A stretch of 64,000 nt of DNA from an uncultured Chloroflexia bacterium (GTDB lineage: Bacteria > Chloroflexota > Limnocylindria > Limnocylindrales > CSP1-4), in contig CAVXPZ010000004.1 in NCBI GenBank assembly GCA_963763775.1, forward strand, positions 640,001-704,000, read 5' to 3'. A program made the translations under genes and the position numbers. Positions 1 through 12,976 of the stretch are shown here, piece by piece. Below the pieces are notes generated by a model that worked only from the letters and a program-made list of their open reading frames with translations, was not told where the DNA came from and searched no databases. The number at the start of each line of letters is the position of its first letter. The first letter of the stretch is position 1.

Positions 1-1060
1 CCATGTCGGTGGTGCTCCCGGTGTGCGCGACGATGCGCTCGCCATCGAGCGTGCCGTCCGTCCAGCCCAGGCCGTAGCGTTGGTCGCCGACACCCGTGGC
101 GACGACGCCCTGGTGCATCAGCGCGAGGCTCGTCGGCGAGACGACAGCCCGGCCATCCGTGGCGGCACCGGTCTGGGCCACCAGGTAGCGGCCCATGTCG
201 TCCGCGCTCGCGGCGATGAACCCCGCCGACACGAGGTCAGGACGATCGAGAGCGTCGCGTGAGTCGGCGATCCCGAACCACAGTCGGTGGGCTCGCGTCA
301 GGCCCTCCTGTTCCGCGACGGCGTGGTCGGTCGTGGCGGTCGTCATCGCGAGCGGCCCGAAGACGTGCGTCCGCAGGTACGTGCCGTAGTCGACGCCGGA
401 GACCTGCTCGATCAGGCGGCCCAGAACGACGTAGTTCGCATTGGAGTAGTGATAGGCCGCGCCCGGCGCGGACACGGGAGCGACGTCCGCCAGGTCGTCG
501 ACGCGCGCGGCCAGGGACGTGACGGGAGTCGAGAGGGGCTCGGTCCCGGCCGCGGTCGAGATGCCGCTGGTGTGCTCGAGGAGCTGCCGGACGGTGATCG
601 CGGCGCTGGCGTTCGCATCGGCAAGCCGGAACGCCGGCACGTATCGGACGACCGGCCGGTCCAGGTCGACGCGGCCGGCATCGACGAGCTGCATGACGGC
701 GAGCGCCGTGAACGACTTCGTGAGCGAGCCGATGACGAACGGGGTCTGCGCCGTGACGGGACGGCCCGCGTCATCGGCCGAGCCGAAGGCCTGCGTATGG
801 ACGATCCGACCGTCGCGGACGATGACGACAGCACCGCCCGGGATCCCGGAGTCGGCGATCTGATGCGCCAGCCAGGCATCGATCTCGGCGTAGGTCGCCG
901 GGCCCCCGCGGGCCGGCGCCTGGCCGCCCGGGACGACGAGGTTGACCGCGAACAGCACGGCCGCTGCCAGGAACAGGAGCGGACGGACGGGGATCCGTCG
1001 GCGGATCCGAACGAGCGGGGAAGGCATTTCGGTGGGCTCCGATGTGGTGGGGAGGTTCAT
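1..1060 (-). CDS. Serine hydrolase, beta-lactamase/AmpC-like family, secreted (3' end runs off window)
   Basis: Manual translation of the minus strand: N-terminal hydrophobic segment, then SGIPGGAVVIV, F-x-IGSLTKSF (SxxK), LLEHTSG, YHYSNANY (YxN). Absent from the ORF track because there is no stop in the window. Confidence 0.88.
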   Translation of the reverse strand, partial: MNLPTTSEPTEMPSPLVRIRRRIPVRPLLFLAAAVLFAVNLVVPGGQAPARGGPATYAEIDAWLAHQIADSGIPGGAVVIVRDGRIVHTQAFGSADDAGRPVTAQTPFVIGSLTKSFTALAVMQLVDAGRVDLDRPVVRYVPAFRLADANASAAITVRQLLEHTSGISTAAGTEPLSTPVTSLAARVDDLADVAPVSAPGAAYHYSNANYVVLGRLIEQVSGVDYGTYLRTHVFGPLAMTTATTDHAVAEQEGLTRAHRLWFGIADSRDALDRPDLVSAGFIAASADDMGRYLVAQTGAATDGRAVVSPTSLALMHQGVVATGVGDQRYGLGWTDGTLDGERIVAHTGSTTDM

Positions 1061-1203
1061 GGCGCCACGATCGGGCGATCCGGCCTCCGCGCCATCCGTC
1101 TGGCGGCGGAAACGCGACTCCCCCGCGAGACGGAGGCCGGATCCGATGAGCGGGCCGGAACGTCGCGCTCCGAGTCGGCACGGGCTCGCTACACTCGGCC
1201 GCG

Positions 1204-3053
<1,850 letters not shown>

Positions 3054-3057
<4 letters not shown>

Positions 3058-4114
3058 CCCACGACCCGACGCACGCCCCGCGGCCGGACCCCGTGTCGCC
3101 GCCCCTCTCGGCGATCCTCATGTCGCCGCCCGCACGCCCCTCGAAGCCGCCCTCCGCGCCCGTCGTCGACGCGCCGCCCCCGGTCGAGCTCATGATCGAC
3201 GGCGAGACCGTGACGGTCCCGGCGGGCACGACGATCCTCGGCGCGTGCCGCCAGGAAGGGATCGACACCCCGACGCTGTGCTACGCCGAGAACCTGACAC
3301 CGGTCAACGTCTGTCGGGTCTGCGTCGTGGAGGTCGCCGGGTCGCGGGTCCTGGTGCCGGCCTGCTCGCGCAAGGTCGAGGCCGGGATGGACGTGCAGAC
3401 CGACTCGGAGCGCGTCCGGACCTCGCGCAAGATGGTGCTCGAGTTCCTCGGTTCGTCCGTCGACATCTCGCTGGCCGGGGCGCAGGCGCCGGACGGCTCG
3501 ACGGCCGCCTACGCCGAACGCTACGGCGCCGACCCGACGCGATACGGACCGCCGCCGCGCCAGCCGCCGCCGGCGAGCGCGACACGCACGAGGCCGGGCA
3601 TCACCACGCCGCGCCGGGTGACGCCGCCGCTGCGACGGTCGCCCAGCCGACCAAGATCGACAACGATCTCTATGTCCGCGACTACTCGAAGTGCATCCTC
3701 TGCTACAAGTGCGTCGAAGCCTGCGGCGAGGACGCGCAGAACACGTTCGCGATCGCGGTCGCCGGGCGTGGGTTCGACGCCCGCATCTCCACGGAACAGG
3801 CGGTGCCCCTCCCCGAGAGCGCGTGCGTGTACTGCGGGAACTGCATCGGCGTCTGCCCGACCGGCGCGCTGATGGCGAAGCCCGAGTACGACATGCGCGA
3901 GGCCGGGACCTGGGACCCGTCGCAGCAGACGGTGACCGAGACCATCTGCCCGTACTGCGGGGTGGGCTGCGCGGTCGAACTGCACGTGCAGGACGACAAG
4001 ATCCTCAAGGTGACCTCGCCGCTCGACTCCTCGGTCACCGACGGCCACCTGTGCATCAAGGGCCGGTTCGGCTTCGAGTTCGTCAACGAGCGGCCCCCGA
4101 AGCGCGGCCGATGA
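3054..4114 (+). CDS. NuoG/FdhF N-terminal-like multi-Fe-S protein (2Fe-2S, 2x4Fe-4S, Mo-bis-PGD-type 4Fe-4S); frameshift near 3555
   Basis: ATGA overlap with the upstream gene; motifs PTLC...CRVC...[34 protein letters not shown]...CIKG split across ORFs 2847-3872 and 2828-4114. Confidence 0.9.
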
Positions 4115-4474
4115 CGGACGGCGGGTCGGCGCGGCCGGCCGAGATCACCCTCGACGACTTCGAGCGCGTCGACATCCGGGTCGGGACGGTCGTGGCCGCA
4201 GCGCCGCTCGAGGGCGCTCGCAAGCCGGCGATCACGCTCGAGATCGACTTCGGGCCGGAGATCGGGATCCGGCATAGCTCGGCGCAGATCACCGTCCACT
4301 ACGAACCCGCCGAGCTCATCGGCCGCCAGGTGGCCGCGGTCGTCAACTTCCCCCCACGCCGGATCGCGGGCTTCAAGTCCGAGGTTCTGACCCTTGGCTT
4401 CCCCGACGCCGAGGGGGCGGTCGTGCTCGTCGGACCCGGCCATCCCGTGCCCGACGGCGGCCGCCTGTTACTGA
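4111..4474 (+). CDS. csaA: CsaA-like tRNA-binding protein / secretion chaperone (probable indel just before stop)
   Basis: [44 protein letters not shown]; ATGA overlap with the upstream gene. Confidence 0.88.
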
Positions 4475-4498
4475 GGCGTCCGGCGTACGCTGTCAGCG

Positions 4499-5138
4499 AT
4501 GACGGTCGACCACTGGGAACGGATCTATACGTCGCGACCGACGGACGCCGTCGGCTGGTATGAGCCGGATCCGATCCTCTCCCGCCGACTGGTCGAGGCG
4601 GCCATCGCACGCGGGGCTCGCAGCGTCATCGACATCGGTGGTGGCGCCTCGTCCCTCGTCGACCACGTCATCGACCTTGGCCTGGATCGCATCGCGGTGC
4701 TGGACATCGCCGGCGCGGGACTGGCCGTGTCGCGGGCCAGGCTCGGCGCGCGCGCCGACGAGGTCGAGTGGATCGTCGCCGACGTGACCGCGCCGCTCGA
4801 CCTCGGGCGGTTCGATGTCTGGCACGACCGGGCGGTCTTTCACTTCCTGCTGGATCCGGCCGCGCGATCGCACTACGTCACGCTCGCGAGGCAGACGATC
4901 CCGCTCGGCGGCATGGCGATCATGGCCACGTTCGCGGCCGACGGTCCGGAGCGGTGCAGCGGCCTGCCCGGTCCGTCGGTACGAGCCGGAGGGGCTCGCG
5001 TGCGAGTGCGGGCCGGCGTTCCACCTCACGACCACGACCCGACATCAGCACCGCACGCCGTCAGGCGTCCTGCAGGCCTTTCAGTACTCGACCTTCGAGC
5101 GCGTCGCGCTCGGCCGGGGATCCGACCGAGCCGCCTGA
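4499..5138 (+). CDS. Class I SAM-dependent methyltransferase; frameshift near 4970
   Basis: [14 protein letters not shown] (motif I), [19 protein letters not shown]; continues in ORF 4815-5138 (VRRY...HRTPSG..Q.FQY). Confidence 0.85.
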
Positions 5139-5168
5139 GGCGCCTCGCATCCGACGGCTCGTTCGACC

Positions 5169-6038
5169 CTAGCCCCAACCCGAGAGGTCGCGCAGGTCGA
5201 CGCGGTTGTCGTGGGTGTAGACGTTGAAGCCGTCGCCGCGGAGGAAGCCGACGAGCGTGACGCCGAGCCGCTCGGCGGTGTCGATGGCGAGGTCCGACGG
5301 CGCCGAGACGGCGCACACGATGGGGATGCCGGCGACCGCCGCCTTCTGGATGATCTCGAAGCTCACGCGACCCGAGACCATCAGCACGCGGTCGTGCAGC
5401 GGCATGGTCTTCGCCAGCACCTGCGACCCGATGACCTTGTCGAGCGCGTTGTGCCGCCCGACGTCCTCGCGAATCGCGATCAGCTCGCCAGCCGGCGAGA
5501 ACAGCCCGGCAGCATGGAGGCCACCCGTCTCGTCGAAGGCGCGCTGCGCGGCTCGGAGGAGGTCGGGCAGGGCGAGGATCACGGTTCGTGGGACGACCGG
5601 GCCTGGCGGGAGCGGGTCGACCCGCAGCGCGACCTCGTCGATGGAGGCCTTGCCGCAGATCCCGCATGACGCGGTGGCGATGAAGTGGCGCTCGGCGACC
5701 TTCGAGTCGTCGAACGGACGAGTCAGCCGGACGAGGATGGTGTCGTCGGGCTGGCTCAACGAGCCTGGATCGCCCGACGTCGTGGAGGCGACCTCATCGC
5801 CGTCGATGAGGCCCTCCGTGCGAAGGAACCCGACGGCCAATTCGGCCTCATGACCCGGGGTCCGCATCGTGATCGCCACCGCGACCGGCTGCTGTCTTGG
5901 GCCGGCCGCGCGGATCTCGAGCGGCGCTTCCCCGACGACGCGATCGTCGCGGACCTCGAGCGTCGAGCCGTGGACCGACACGATCTTGCGGGTCGTGACG
6001 TGGCGCACGGGCGGCCGCGGATCGTTCAGCCCGGGCAC
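5169..6038 (-). CDS. fdhD: Formate dehydrogenase accessory sulfurtransferase FdhD (start approximate)
   Basis: TMRTPG..ELAVGFL, SCGICGK, FDETGGLHAAGLF, REDVGRHNALDK, VSAPSDLA. Confidence 0.93.
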   Translation of the reverse strand: MPGLNDPRPPVRHVTTRKIVSVHGSTLEVRDDRVVGEAPLEIRAAGPRQQPVAVAITMRTPGHEAELAVGFLRTEGLIDGDEVASTTSGDPGSLSQPDDTILVRLTRPFDDSKVAERHFIATASCGICGKASIDEVALRVDPLPPGPVVPRTVILALPDLLRAAQRAFDETGGLHAAGLFSPAGELIAIREDVGRHNALDKVIGSQVLAKTMPLHDRVLMVSGRVSFEIIQKAAVAGIPIVCAVSAPSDLAIDTAERLGVTLVGFLRGDGFNVYTHDNRVDLRDLSGWG

Positions 6039-6704
6039 GTCGTCCCCTCGAGCGCCTTGCCGAAGGCGGTCAGCCGGTCCGCCGCGACGTTCGCGGCGTC
6101 GACGGCCTTGCCGAGCGCATCGAGGCCCTTGAGGCCGCCGCCGGTCGCCGACCAGTCGAGGAACCGCTCGGCCGCGTGCCGTAGGCCGCGACCATCGAAC
6201 GAGCCGCCTTGTGCGCCTTGGCGTAGCACGCCGCCGGCGGGTGGTCGCGCAGCCAGTCGCGCTCGCTGTCGACGAAGTCGAGGATGTCCACGGACGCATC
6301 GTGGACCCCCTTCGTGTCCTGTGCCTGGGCCGCGCGTGCTGAGCGCGGCGTTCAGGCGGTCGACCGTCGCGCGGTCGTCGTTGACCCGCAGGAGGAACTC
6401 CGCGTAGAGGAGTCGCGGGTCGCCTCGGGCGGTCGGCGGATCGGTCGGTGTCGGTTCGGGCGTGGGCTCGGGCGTCACTTCGGGCGTTGCGGTCGGCCAG
6501 GCGATGCGGCTCGGCGGTCGGCGGGTCGGTCGGCGTCGGCTCGGCCGTCGGCAGGTCGGTCGGCATCACGCTGGTGGCGGGCGACGCCTCGGCGGCGGTC
6601 GCGTCCGCCCCGTCGGCCTGGCGAAGGCGGCCGGCCATCGCGGCGAGCAGCACCACCGCGACGACGAGCGCGCCCGCGACGAGGAGCCATCGGTTTCGTG
6701 TCAT
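6026..6704 (-). CDS. Membrane-anchored or secreted hypothetical protein with Pro/Thr/Glu linker and helical C-terminal domain (several frameshifts)
   Basis: MTRNRWLLVAGALVVAVVLL anchor, EPTPTDPPTA repeats, C-terminal domain with two Cys assembled from three frames. Confidence 0.6.
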
Positions 6705-6736
6705 CCGGGCGCGCACACGGCCCATGATAGGCGGCG

Positions 6737-7187
6737 ATGCCGTCCGACCCGCCGCTCACCCTCCGCGATCGCGCGTTCCTCGAAGGATCGCGGCGCGCCG
6801 TGCTGGCCACCATCGACCCCGCCGGGCATCCGCGCCAGGTCCCGATCTGCTTCGTGCTCGATCCGGCGGCGTCGGTGCTGTATACGCCGCTCGACGACAA
6901 GCCGAAGCGCACGGACGACCATCTCGCGCTGGCCCGCGTGCGCGACATCGCGACCCGTCCGGACGTGACGGTCCTCGTCGATCGATGGGACGAGGACTGG
7001 TCCCGACTCGCCTGGCTTCGCTGCTCCGGCCGCGCGTGGCTGCTGCCGCCGGCCGGTCCGGGTCACGCGGCGGCGGTCGGCGGCGCTCCGCGCCAAGTAC
7101 CCCCAATACGCCACGCACGACATCGCGTCGCGTCCGCTCATCGCGGTCACGATCGAGCGATCCGTGAGCTGGGCGTCAGGCGCCTGA
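6737..7187 (+). CDS. PPOX-class (pyridoxamine 5'-phosphate oxidase-like) putative F420-dependent protein; indels near 7080-7105
   Basis: AVLATID..G.P..VPICF, YTPLDDKPK, LVDRWDEDWSRLAW, then KYPQY in the shifted frame. Confidence 0.82.
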
Positions 7188-7214
7188 AGCCGGCCCTCGC
7201 CAGCGGCGTCGGCC

Positions 7215-7469
7215 TCAGGCGCGGACGCCGCCCGTCGGATGCTTGTGCCACTGGTCCGGCCCTTCGACGACCGGCACGCCCAGCGACTCGAGGAGGCGGT
7301 CCGACGCGGCGGTGATGTCGGCGATCGCCGCATCGAAGGCCTCGCGGTTGCGGACGCTCGGCTCGCGGAAGCCGCTGATCTTGCGGACGTACTGGCGGGC
7401 GGCGGCCTCCAGTTCACCGGTCGTCGCTGATTCCCCGGGACGACGCAGGGTCTTGATGCTTCGGCACAT
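7215..7469 (-). CDS. DUF2277-family small protein
   Basis: MCRSIKTL...AAARQYVRKISGFREPS signature. Confidence 0.85.
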   Translation of the reverse strand: MCRSIKTLRRPGESATTGELEAAARQYVRKISGFREPSVRNREAFDAAIADITAASDRLLESLGVPVVEGPDQWHKHPTGGVRA

Positions 7470-7511
7470 ACCCGTACGGTACGACCATCCGCGTCACCGT
7501 ATCCTCGGGCG

Positions 7512-7937
7512 GTGACCGACCCGGCCGATGTCATCGCCGCGCTTGGGCTCCAGCCGCACCCCGAAGGCGGCTGGTGGGCCGAGACGTGGCGCGCCCCCGA
7601 GGTCGACGGTGCGCGCCCCGTCGGCAGCGCGATCCTCTACCTCCTGGCCGCGGGTGAGCGGTCGCACTGGCACACGTTCGATGCCGCGGAGGTCTGGCAG
7701 TACGCGGCCGGCGACCCGCTCGAGCTCGCGGTCTGGAACGAGGGCAGCCCGGTGGTCCGGCACCGGCTCGGTGGCGACGTCGCCGCCGGCGACCGACCGC
7801 AGGCGGTGGTGCCGGCCCACGCCTGGCAGACCGCCAGCTCCCTCGGCGCGTGGACGCTGGTCGGGTGCATCGTGACGCCCGCCTTCGAGTTCGCGAGCTG
7901 GCGGTTGGCGCCCGACGGCTGGGAGCCGCCGGCCTGA
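7512..7937 (+). CDS. Cupin (DUF985/Cupin_5) protein
   Basis: LQPHPEGG, SAILYLL, SHWH, EVWQY, GCIVTPAFEF. Confidence 0.9.
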   Translation: MTDPADVIAALGLQPHPEGGWWAETWRAPEVDGARPVGSAILYLLAAGERSHWHTFDAAEVWQYAAGDPLELAVWNEGSPVVRHRLGGDVAAGDRPQAVVPAHAWQTASSLGAWTLVGCIVTPAFEFASWRLAPDGWEPPA

Positions 7938-9104
7938 TGCCGCCACGACCGACGACCGCCCGCGGGACCGGGCCTGACCTTGCGACAGCTGAACCGGACG
8001 ACCCTGCTCCGGCAGGCGCTGCTCGAGCGCGCGCCATGGAGCGCCCCGGAGGCCATCGGACGGCTCGCCGGGCTCCAGGCCCAGCACGCGAACTCGCCGT
8101 ATGTCGCGCTGTGGTCGCGGGCGGAGGCGTTCACCATCGCCGCGCTCGAGGCGGCCCTCCGCGACCGCTCGGTCGTGAAGGGCACGCTGATGCGCTCGAC
8201 GCTGCACCTCGTGTCCGCGGAAGACGTCGCGGCGTTCGATGCGGCCGGCGCGCCGAGCCGCATCGCGAACTGGCGACCGACCGCCAGGCGCGCCGGTGTC
8301 GACATCCTCGAGCTGCATCGGCAGTTGATCGCGTACGCGGCGGAACCACGGTCCGTCGCCGAGATGGAGGCCTTCCTCGAGAGGATCGTCCCGAACACGA
8401 GCATCGCCGACCACGCCCCGTCGGGCGTGCGAGGCGTCGGGTTTCGCCTGGCGAGCGCGCCGGGCCGGCTGGTCCACGTACCGCCGTCGGGCCTGTGGGC
8501 ATCGCATGCGAAGCCGCGCTACATCGACCTCGGCGTCTGGCTGCCACAGGCGGTCGCGCCGGACCCGGCCGAGGCCCTCCGTCTCGCGGCGATCCGCTAC
8601 CTCACCGCCTACGGACCGGCATCGATCGCCGACTTCGCGAAGTGGGTCGGCCAGTCGCGCATCACGGCCGCCCGGGCGGCGATCGAGGCGCTCGGCGACC
8701 GCGTCCGGCGCTACACCGGTCCCGACGGGCGCGAGCTCGTCGACCTCGACGGGCTGCCGATCGCCACCGGCGACGAGCCGGCGCCGGGGCGGTTCCTCGC
8801 CCGATGGGACAGTGTCGTGATCGGCTACGACGTCCGCGACCGGATCATGCCGCCACGCCCTCTTCCCGGTCGTGGTCCGGGTGAAGAACGGCGACTTCCT
8901 GCCCACGTTCACGGTCGACGGGTTCGTGGCCGGGTCATGGCTGACGCGAGACCGTCCGCGGGGAAGCGATCCTCACGCTCTCGCCGGCCGTGCGCGCTGA
9001 CGGAGCGGTCGGTCCGAGCGGGACTCACCGAGGAGGCGGAGCGCCTGGTCCGGTTCGTCGCCCCGGAGGCGACCCGCCACGAGGTGCGCTGGGCGGACGC
9101 CTGA
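7937..9104 (+). CDS. AlkZ/YcaQ-family (HTH_42) DNA glycosylase-like protein; indels near 7970 and 8850-8990
   Basis: LNRTTL.RQ.LL, GLQAQ (QxQ catalytic motif), LWSR, LMRSTLHLV, RYL.AYGPAS..D...W.G, FL..WD. Confidence 0.85.
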
Positions 9105-9107
9105 CGG

Positions 9108-10321
9108 TCAGCCGCCCTCGCGCATCCCCCAGGGCGACCCGTAGGCGGTCAGCAGGTCGAGGAACGGGACGGCATCGAAGGCCTCCGGCCCGAGGACGCC
9201 GGTGCCCGTCCACGTGCCCGATGGCCAGCAGCTCCAGGGCCACGACCGGGTTGATCGCCGTCTGCCAGACGACCGCCTGCGAGCCGTACTCGCGCATCGT
9301 CCATTCGTTGTCGACGACGTGGTAGAGGTAGACCTCGCCGCGGCTGGCCGTCCTTCCCGGTGCCGGTCACCCAGGTGCCGGCGCAGGTCTTGCCGCGCAT
9401 CCGGTCGCCGAGCGTGGCCGGGTCCGGCAGCGCGGCCGCCACGACGTCCCGGGGCGAGACCTCGACGCCGCCGACGCGGAGCTTGTCCGTCCGGTCGAGA
9501 CCGAGCTTGTGCAGGACCGAGAGGACCTCGATGAACTCGTCGCCGAGCCCGTACTTGAACGTGACGCGTCGCGCCTTGACCCAGCGCGGGACGAGGAGGA
9601 CCTCCTCGTGCTCGACGTTGACGCACTCGACCGGGCCGATCCCCTCCGGGAAGTCGAAGGTCTCGGGCTCGCTGAAGGGCGGCGTCGTGAACCAGCCGCG
9701 GTCGCGTTCCCAGATGACCGGCGGGTTGAGGCACTCCTCGATCGTCGTCCAGATCGAGAACGACGGCGCGAAGTCATAGCCCTCGACGACGAGGTTCGCG
9801 CCGTCGCGGATCCCGATCTCGTCGATCTCGCTGAAGAGGTGGTCGGCGGCATACCGGGCGAAGATGTCGGAGAGGCCGGGCTCGACGCCGATGCCCGCGA
9901 GCGCCAGGCGTCCCGCGGCCGACCAGGCATCGGATGCCGCGAACTGCTCGTCGCCGAGCTTGACGCCGGTCTCGGCATACGGCCGGTCCGGGTGCGGGCG
10001 CGAGAGCGACATCGCCATGTCGAGGTAGTCGGCGCCGGCCGCGAACGCGCCCTCGAAGATCGGCATGACGAACCGCGGGTCGACCGCGTTCAGGACGTGC
10101 GTGATGGCGTTGGCGCGGCAAAGGGCGGTGACGTCGACGGCGCTGGACGCATCGATGCGAGCCGCGCTGAACCGCGCGTCACCACCAAGCTTCGCGACGG
10201 CGCGCTCGGCCCGGCCGATGTCGTAGTCGGCGACCACGACCGCCTCGAAGAAGTCGCGGCGGGCCGCGATCGGGACGACCGAACTGCCGACGCCGCCAGC
10301 GCCGACGACCAGGATCCGCAT
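9108..10321 (-). CDS. Saccharopine dehydrogenase-family oxidoreductase; frameshifts near 9340 and 9225
   Basis: MRILVVGAGGVG, NAVDPRF, YLDMAMS, GVEPGLSD, NVEHEE, VVWQTA, GVLGPEAFD. Confidence 0.9.
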
Positions 10322-10387
10322 GCAGGGTGCCTCCGGCCGAGGTGGGACCACGACGGATCCCGGACCCTAGTGTGCGCGACGCGGAGG

Positions 10388-10996
10388 TCAGTCGCCGGTC
10401 GCGTACCGCCATTGGATCTGGCCGGTGTAGCAGTGCTTGAGCTTGGCGCACAGCCCGTGCGAGAGGTCCCACGTCCGGCCGCTGACGAACGGGCCGCGGT
10501 CGATGACCTGGGCCATCACGACCACGCCGTTCTTCGGATTGCGGAATTCGAGCTTGGTCCCGCAGGGCAGGGTCCGGTGGGCGACGCCGACCAGGCCCTT
10601 CGTGAGCCGTTGGCCGCACGCGGTGCCGTTCCCGTAGAGACCCGGGCCGTACCAGGAGATGTTCCGGTCCAGCCGCCACGGGTTGCGATCCGCCGCGACG
10701 GCCTTGCCGACGGGGAGGGCAGCGCGTGGCCGAGCCTGGGGCGGCTCGGTTCGCTGTGTGGGCTCGAACAGGGTCGAGCCTTGATCCAGGTTCCCGGCGG
10801 ACCGGGCCCCCGGATCGGGGGCATCGGTCGTCATCGTCGTCCCGCGGTCGGCAGCCGCGATCTCCACACGTTGGAAGAGATCCGTGTCCGGCTGGTCAAG
10901 GAACGATTGGGCACGTGACCAGGCCGGATCGGGGACGGCGACCGAGGCGAGCGTGGCGATGAGCGCCACGGTCGCGACGACCCTGAGGTGTCGCAC
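10388..10996 (-). CDS. rlpA: RlpA-like (double-psi beta-barrel) lytic transglycosylase, secreted
   Basis: Signal peptide; SWYGPG..G..TACG, AHRTLPCGT, VIDRGPF, DLS. Confidence 0.88.
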   Translation of the reverse strand: MRHLRVVATVALIATLASVAVPDPAWSRAQSFLDQPDTDLFQRVEIAAADRGTTMTTDAPDPGARSAGNLDQGSTLFEPTQRTEPPQARPRAALPVGKAVAADRNPWRLDRNISWYGPGLYGNGTACGQRLTKGLVGVAHRTLPCGTKLEFRNPKNGVVVMAQVIDRGPFVSGRTWDLSHGLCAKLKHCYTGQIQWRYATGD

Positions 10997-11060
10997 GTCT
11001 AGACAACCTTACCATCGTTCCTCTGGCACCGCCGTTCGTCCGGGGTCCGAGCTCGTTGCA

Positions 11061-11987
11061 GATGCATGACAGACTGCCGTCCGTGCCCACGCGGACCTAC
11101 GCGCTCGACGCGCCGTTCGACCTCTCGCTGACGCTCGGCGTGCTCGCCCGAGGGCGGGGCGATCCCACGCTCCGATCTGGCGCCGGGACATGCGTGGCGA
11201 ACGATGCGAACGGCGGCCGGCCCGGCCACGATCGCGATCGTCCAGCGCCCCGGCGAGCTCGCCGCAGAGGCCTGGGGACCCGGCGCGGAGACGGCCCTCG
11301 CGGCGCTGCCACAGGTCCTCGGCCTCGACACCGGTCCGTTCCGGCCGGCCGACGGACACCGGCTCGTGACCGAACTGGCGCGGCGCTTTCCAGGCGTCCG
11401 GCTCACGCGCACGAGCGCCGTCCTCGACGCCCTGATCCCCGCGATCCTCGAGCAGAAGGTCACCGGCGAGGAAGCGCGGCGGGCCTGGCGTGGCCTCATC
11501 GCGCGATACGGGGAGCCGGCTCCGGGCCCGCCGGCCTTCCGGCTACGCCTGCCGCCGGAACCGGCGACGATCGCCCGCCTCCCCTACTACGACTTCCACC
11601 CGCTCGGCGTGGAGCAGCGTCGGGCGGAGCTCATCCGCCGGGTCGCCGGACGGGCGGCCTGGTTCGAGGCGATCGCGAGCCTCCCGGTGGCGGACGCGTA
11701 TGCGCGGCTCGCAGGCCGTGCCCGGCATCGGTCCATGGACCGCGGCCGAAGTCGCGGTGCGCGCGCTCGGCGACCCGGACGCCGTGAGCGTCGGCGACTT
11801 CCACCTGCCGAACCTCGTCGCGTACGCCCTCGCCGGCGAGCCGCGCGCTGACGACGAGCGGATGCTCGAGCTCCTCGAACCCTGGCGCGGCCACCGTGCG
11901 CACGTGGTCCGGTTGCTCGAGCTCAGCGGGATCCGTGCGCCCCGCTACGGTCCACGCCTGACGCCACGGCGGATCGAGAACTCCTGA
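11061..11987 (+). CDS. AlkA-like DNA-3-methyladenine glycosylase (HhH-GPD); frameshifts near 11180 and 11715
   Basis: AILEQKVTG, HhH motif VPGIGPWTA, DAVSVGDFHL, LEPWRGHR. Confidence 0.85.
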
Positions 11988-12007
11988 CGCCCAGGGTCGA
12001 GCGCCGA

Positions 12008-12916
12008 CTACGCGCGGTAGCGCCGATACCCCTCGGTGAGGACCGCCAGGGTGGCCGGTGTCGCCGGGTCGGAGGCGATGATCAGCTGGTCGGCACCCCA
12101 CGCCTCGTAGGCCCGGAACGCCGCCGCGATCTCGTCGGGCTCGCCGTTGACCGGCCCTGGCGACAGGCCGGAACCCGTCGACGGCGAGGTCGCCACCTCG
12201 GGAAACCGGACCTCGACACCGACCGTGATCTCCACCGTGGCCGGGTCGCGACCCTCGCGGGCACAGGCGGCCCGCAAGTCCTCACGCGTGGCCGTGAGCC
12301 GCTCGCTCGGCAGGCCGTACCACGCGGTGTTCCAGGCGTCGGCGTACCGCGCCGTCAGGTCCATCATGCGCGGCCGCTTCGCCGCCACGAGGATCGGCAG
12401 GTCCGGGCGGGCCGGTGGGACCAGCGCGGCGTCCGCCACGGAGTGGAATCGGCCCTGGTGGTCGGCGCGCCCGTCGCGGATGAGCGAGTGGATGATCGTG
12501 AGCGAGTCCTCGAACCGCCCGACCTTGTGGTCGGTGGGGTAGCCGAACGCGTCGTACTCGGGGTCGTTCCAGCCGCACCCGAGCCCGAGGATCAGCCGCC
12601 CGTCGCTGACGTGGTCGAGCGTGGCCGCCATCTTGGCCAGGAGCGCGGGGTTCCGGAACTCCGTGCAGAGCACGTTCGTGCCGAGCTGGACCCGGTCCGT
12701 GGCCTCGGCGATCGCCGTCAGGATCGTCCACGCCTCGTGGAGGCCGGTCGTCTCGTCGCCGTCGCGGAAGAGCAGGTGGTCGTACACCCAGACGGCATCG
12801 AATCCGGCGGCTTCGCTGCTCAGCGCCATCTCGCGGATGACGCGATACGGGTAGCCGACCCCGTCGACATCCTCCATGGGCAACCCGACACCGACCCGCA
12901 TCCGGACCTCCTGCAT
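12008..12916 (-). CDS. LLM-class flavin/F420-dependent oxidoreductase
   Basis: GFDAVWVYDH, RNPALLAKMAATLDHVSDGRLILGLGCGW. Confidence 0.92.
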   Translation of the reverse strand: MQEVRMRVGVGLPMEDVDGVGYPYRVIREMALSSEAAGFDAVWVYDHLLFRDGDETTGLHEAWTILTAIAEATDRVQLGTNVLCTEFRNPALLAKMAATLDHVSDGRLILGLGCGWNDPEYDAFGYPTDHKVGRFEDSLTIIHSLIRDGRADHQGRFHSVADAALVPPARPDLPILVAAKRPRMMDLTARYADAWNTAWYGLPSERLTATREDLRAACAREGRDPATVEITVGVEVRFPEVATSPSTGSGLSPGPVNGEPDEIAAAFRAYEAWGADQLIIASDPATPATLAVLTEGYRRYRA

Positions 12917-12976
12917 CTGTCGCGACAGCGTACGACAGCCCACGGCCGCGGCGTACCGTATCCGCAGGAGGACCCG

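Noticed and set aside
4112-4114. Selenocysteine read-through of the TGA ending the Fe-S protein
   Set aside because: The downstream DNA encodes CsaA in another frame, not a molybdopterin domain.
5169-6725. 518-aa membrane-anchored FdhD fusion
   Set aside because: Created by frameshifts in the upstream Pro-rich gene, which has its own stop at 6026.
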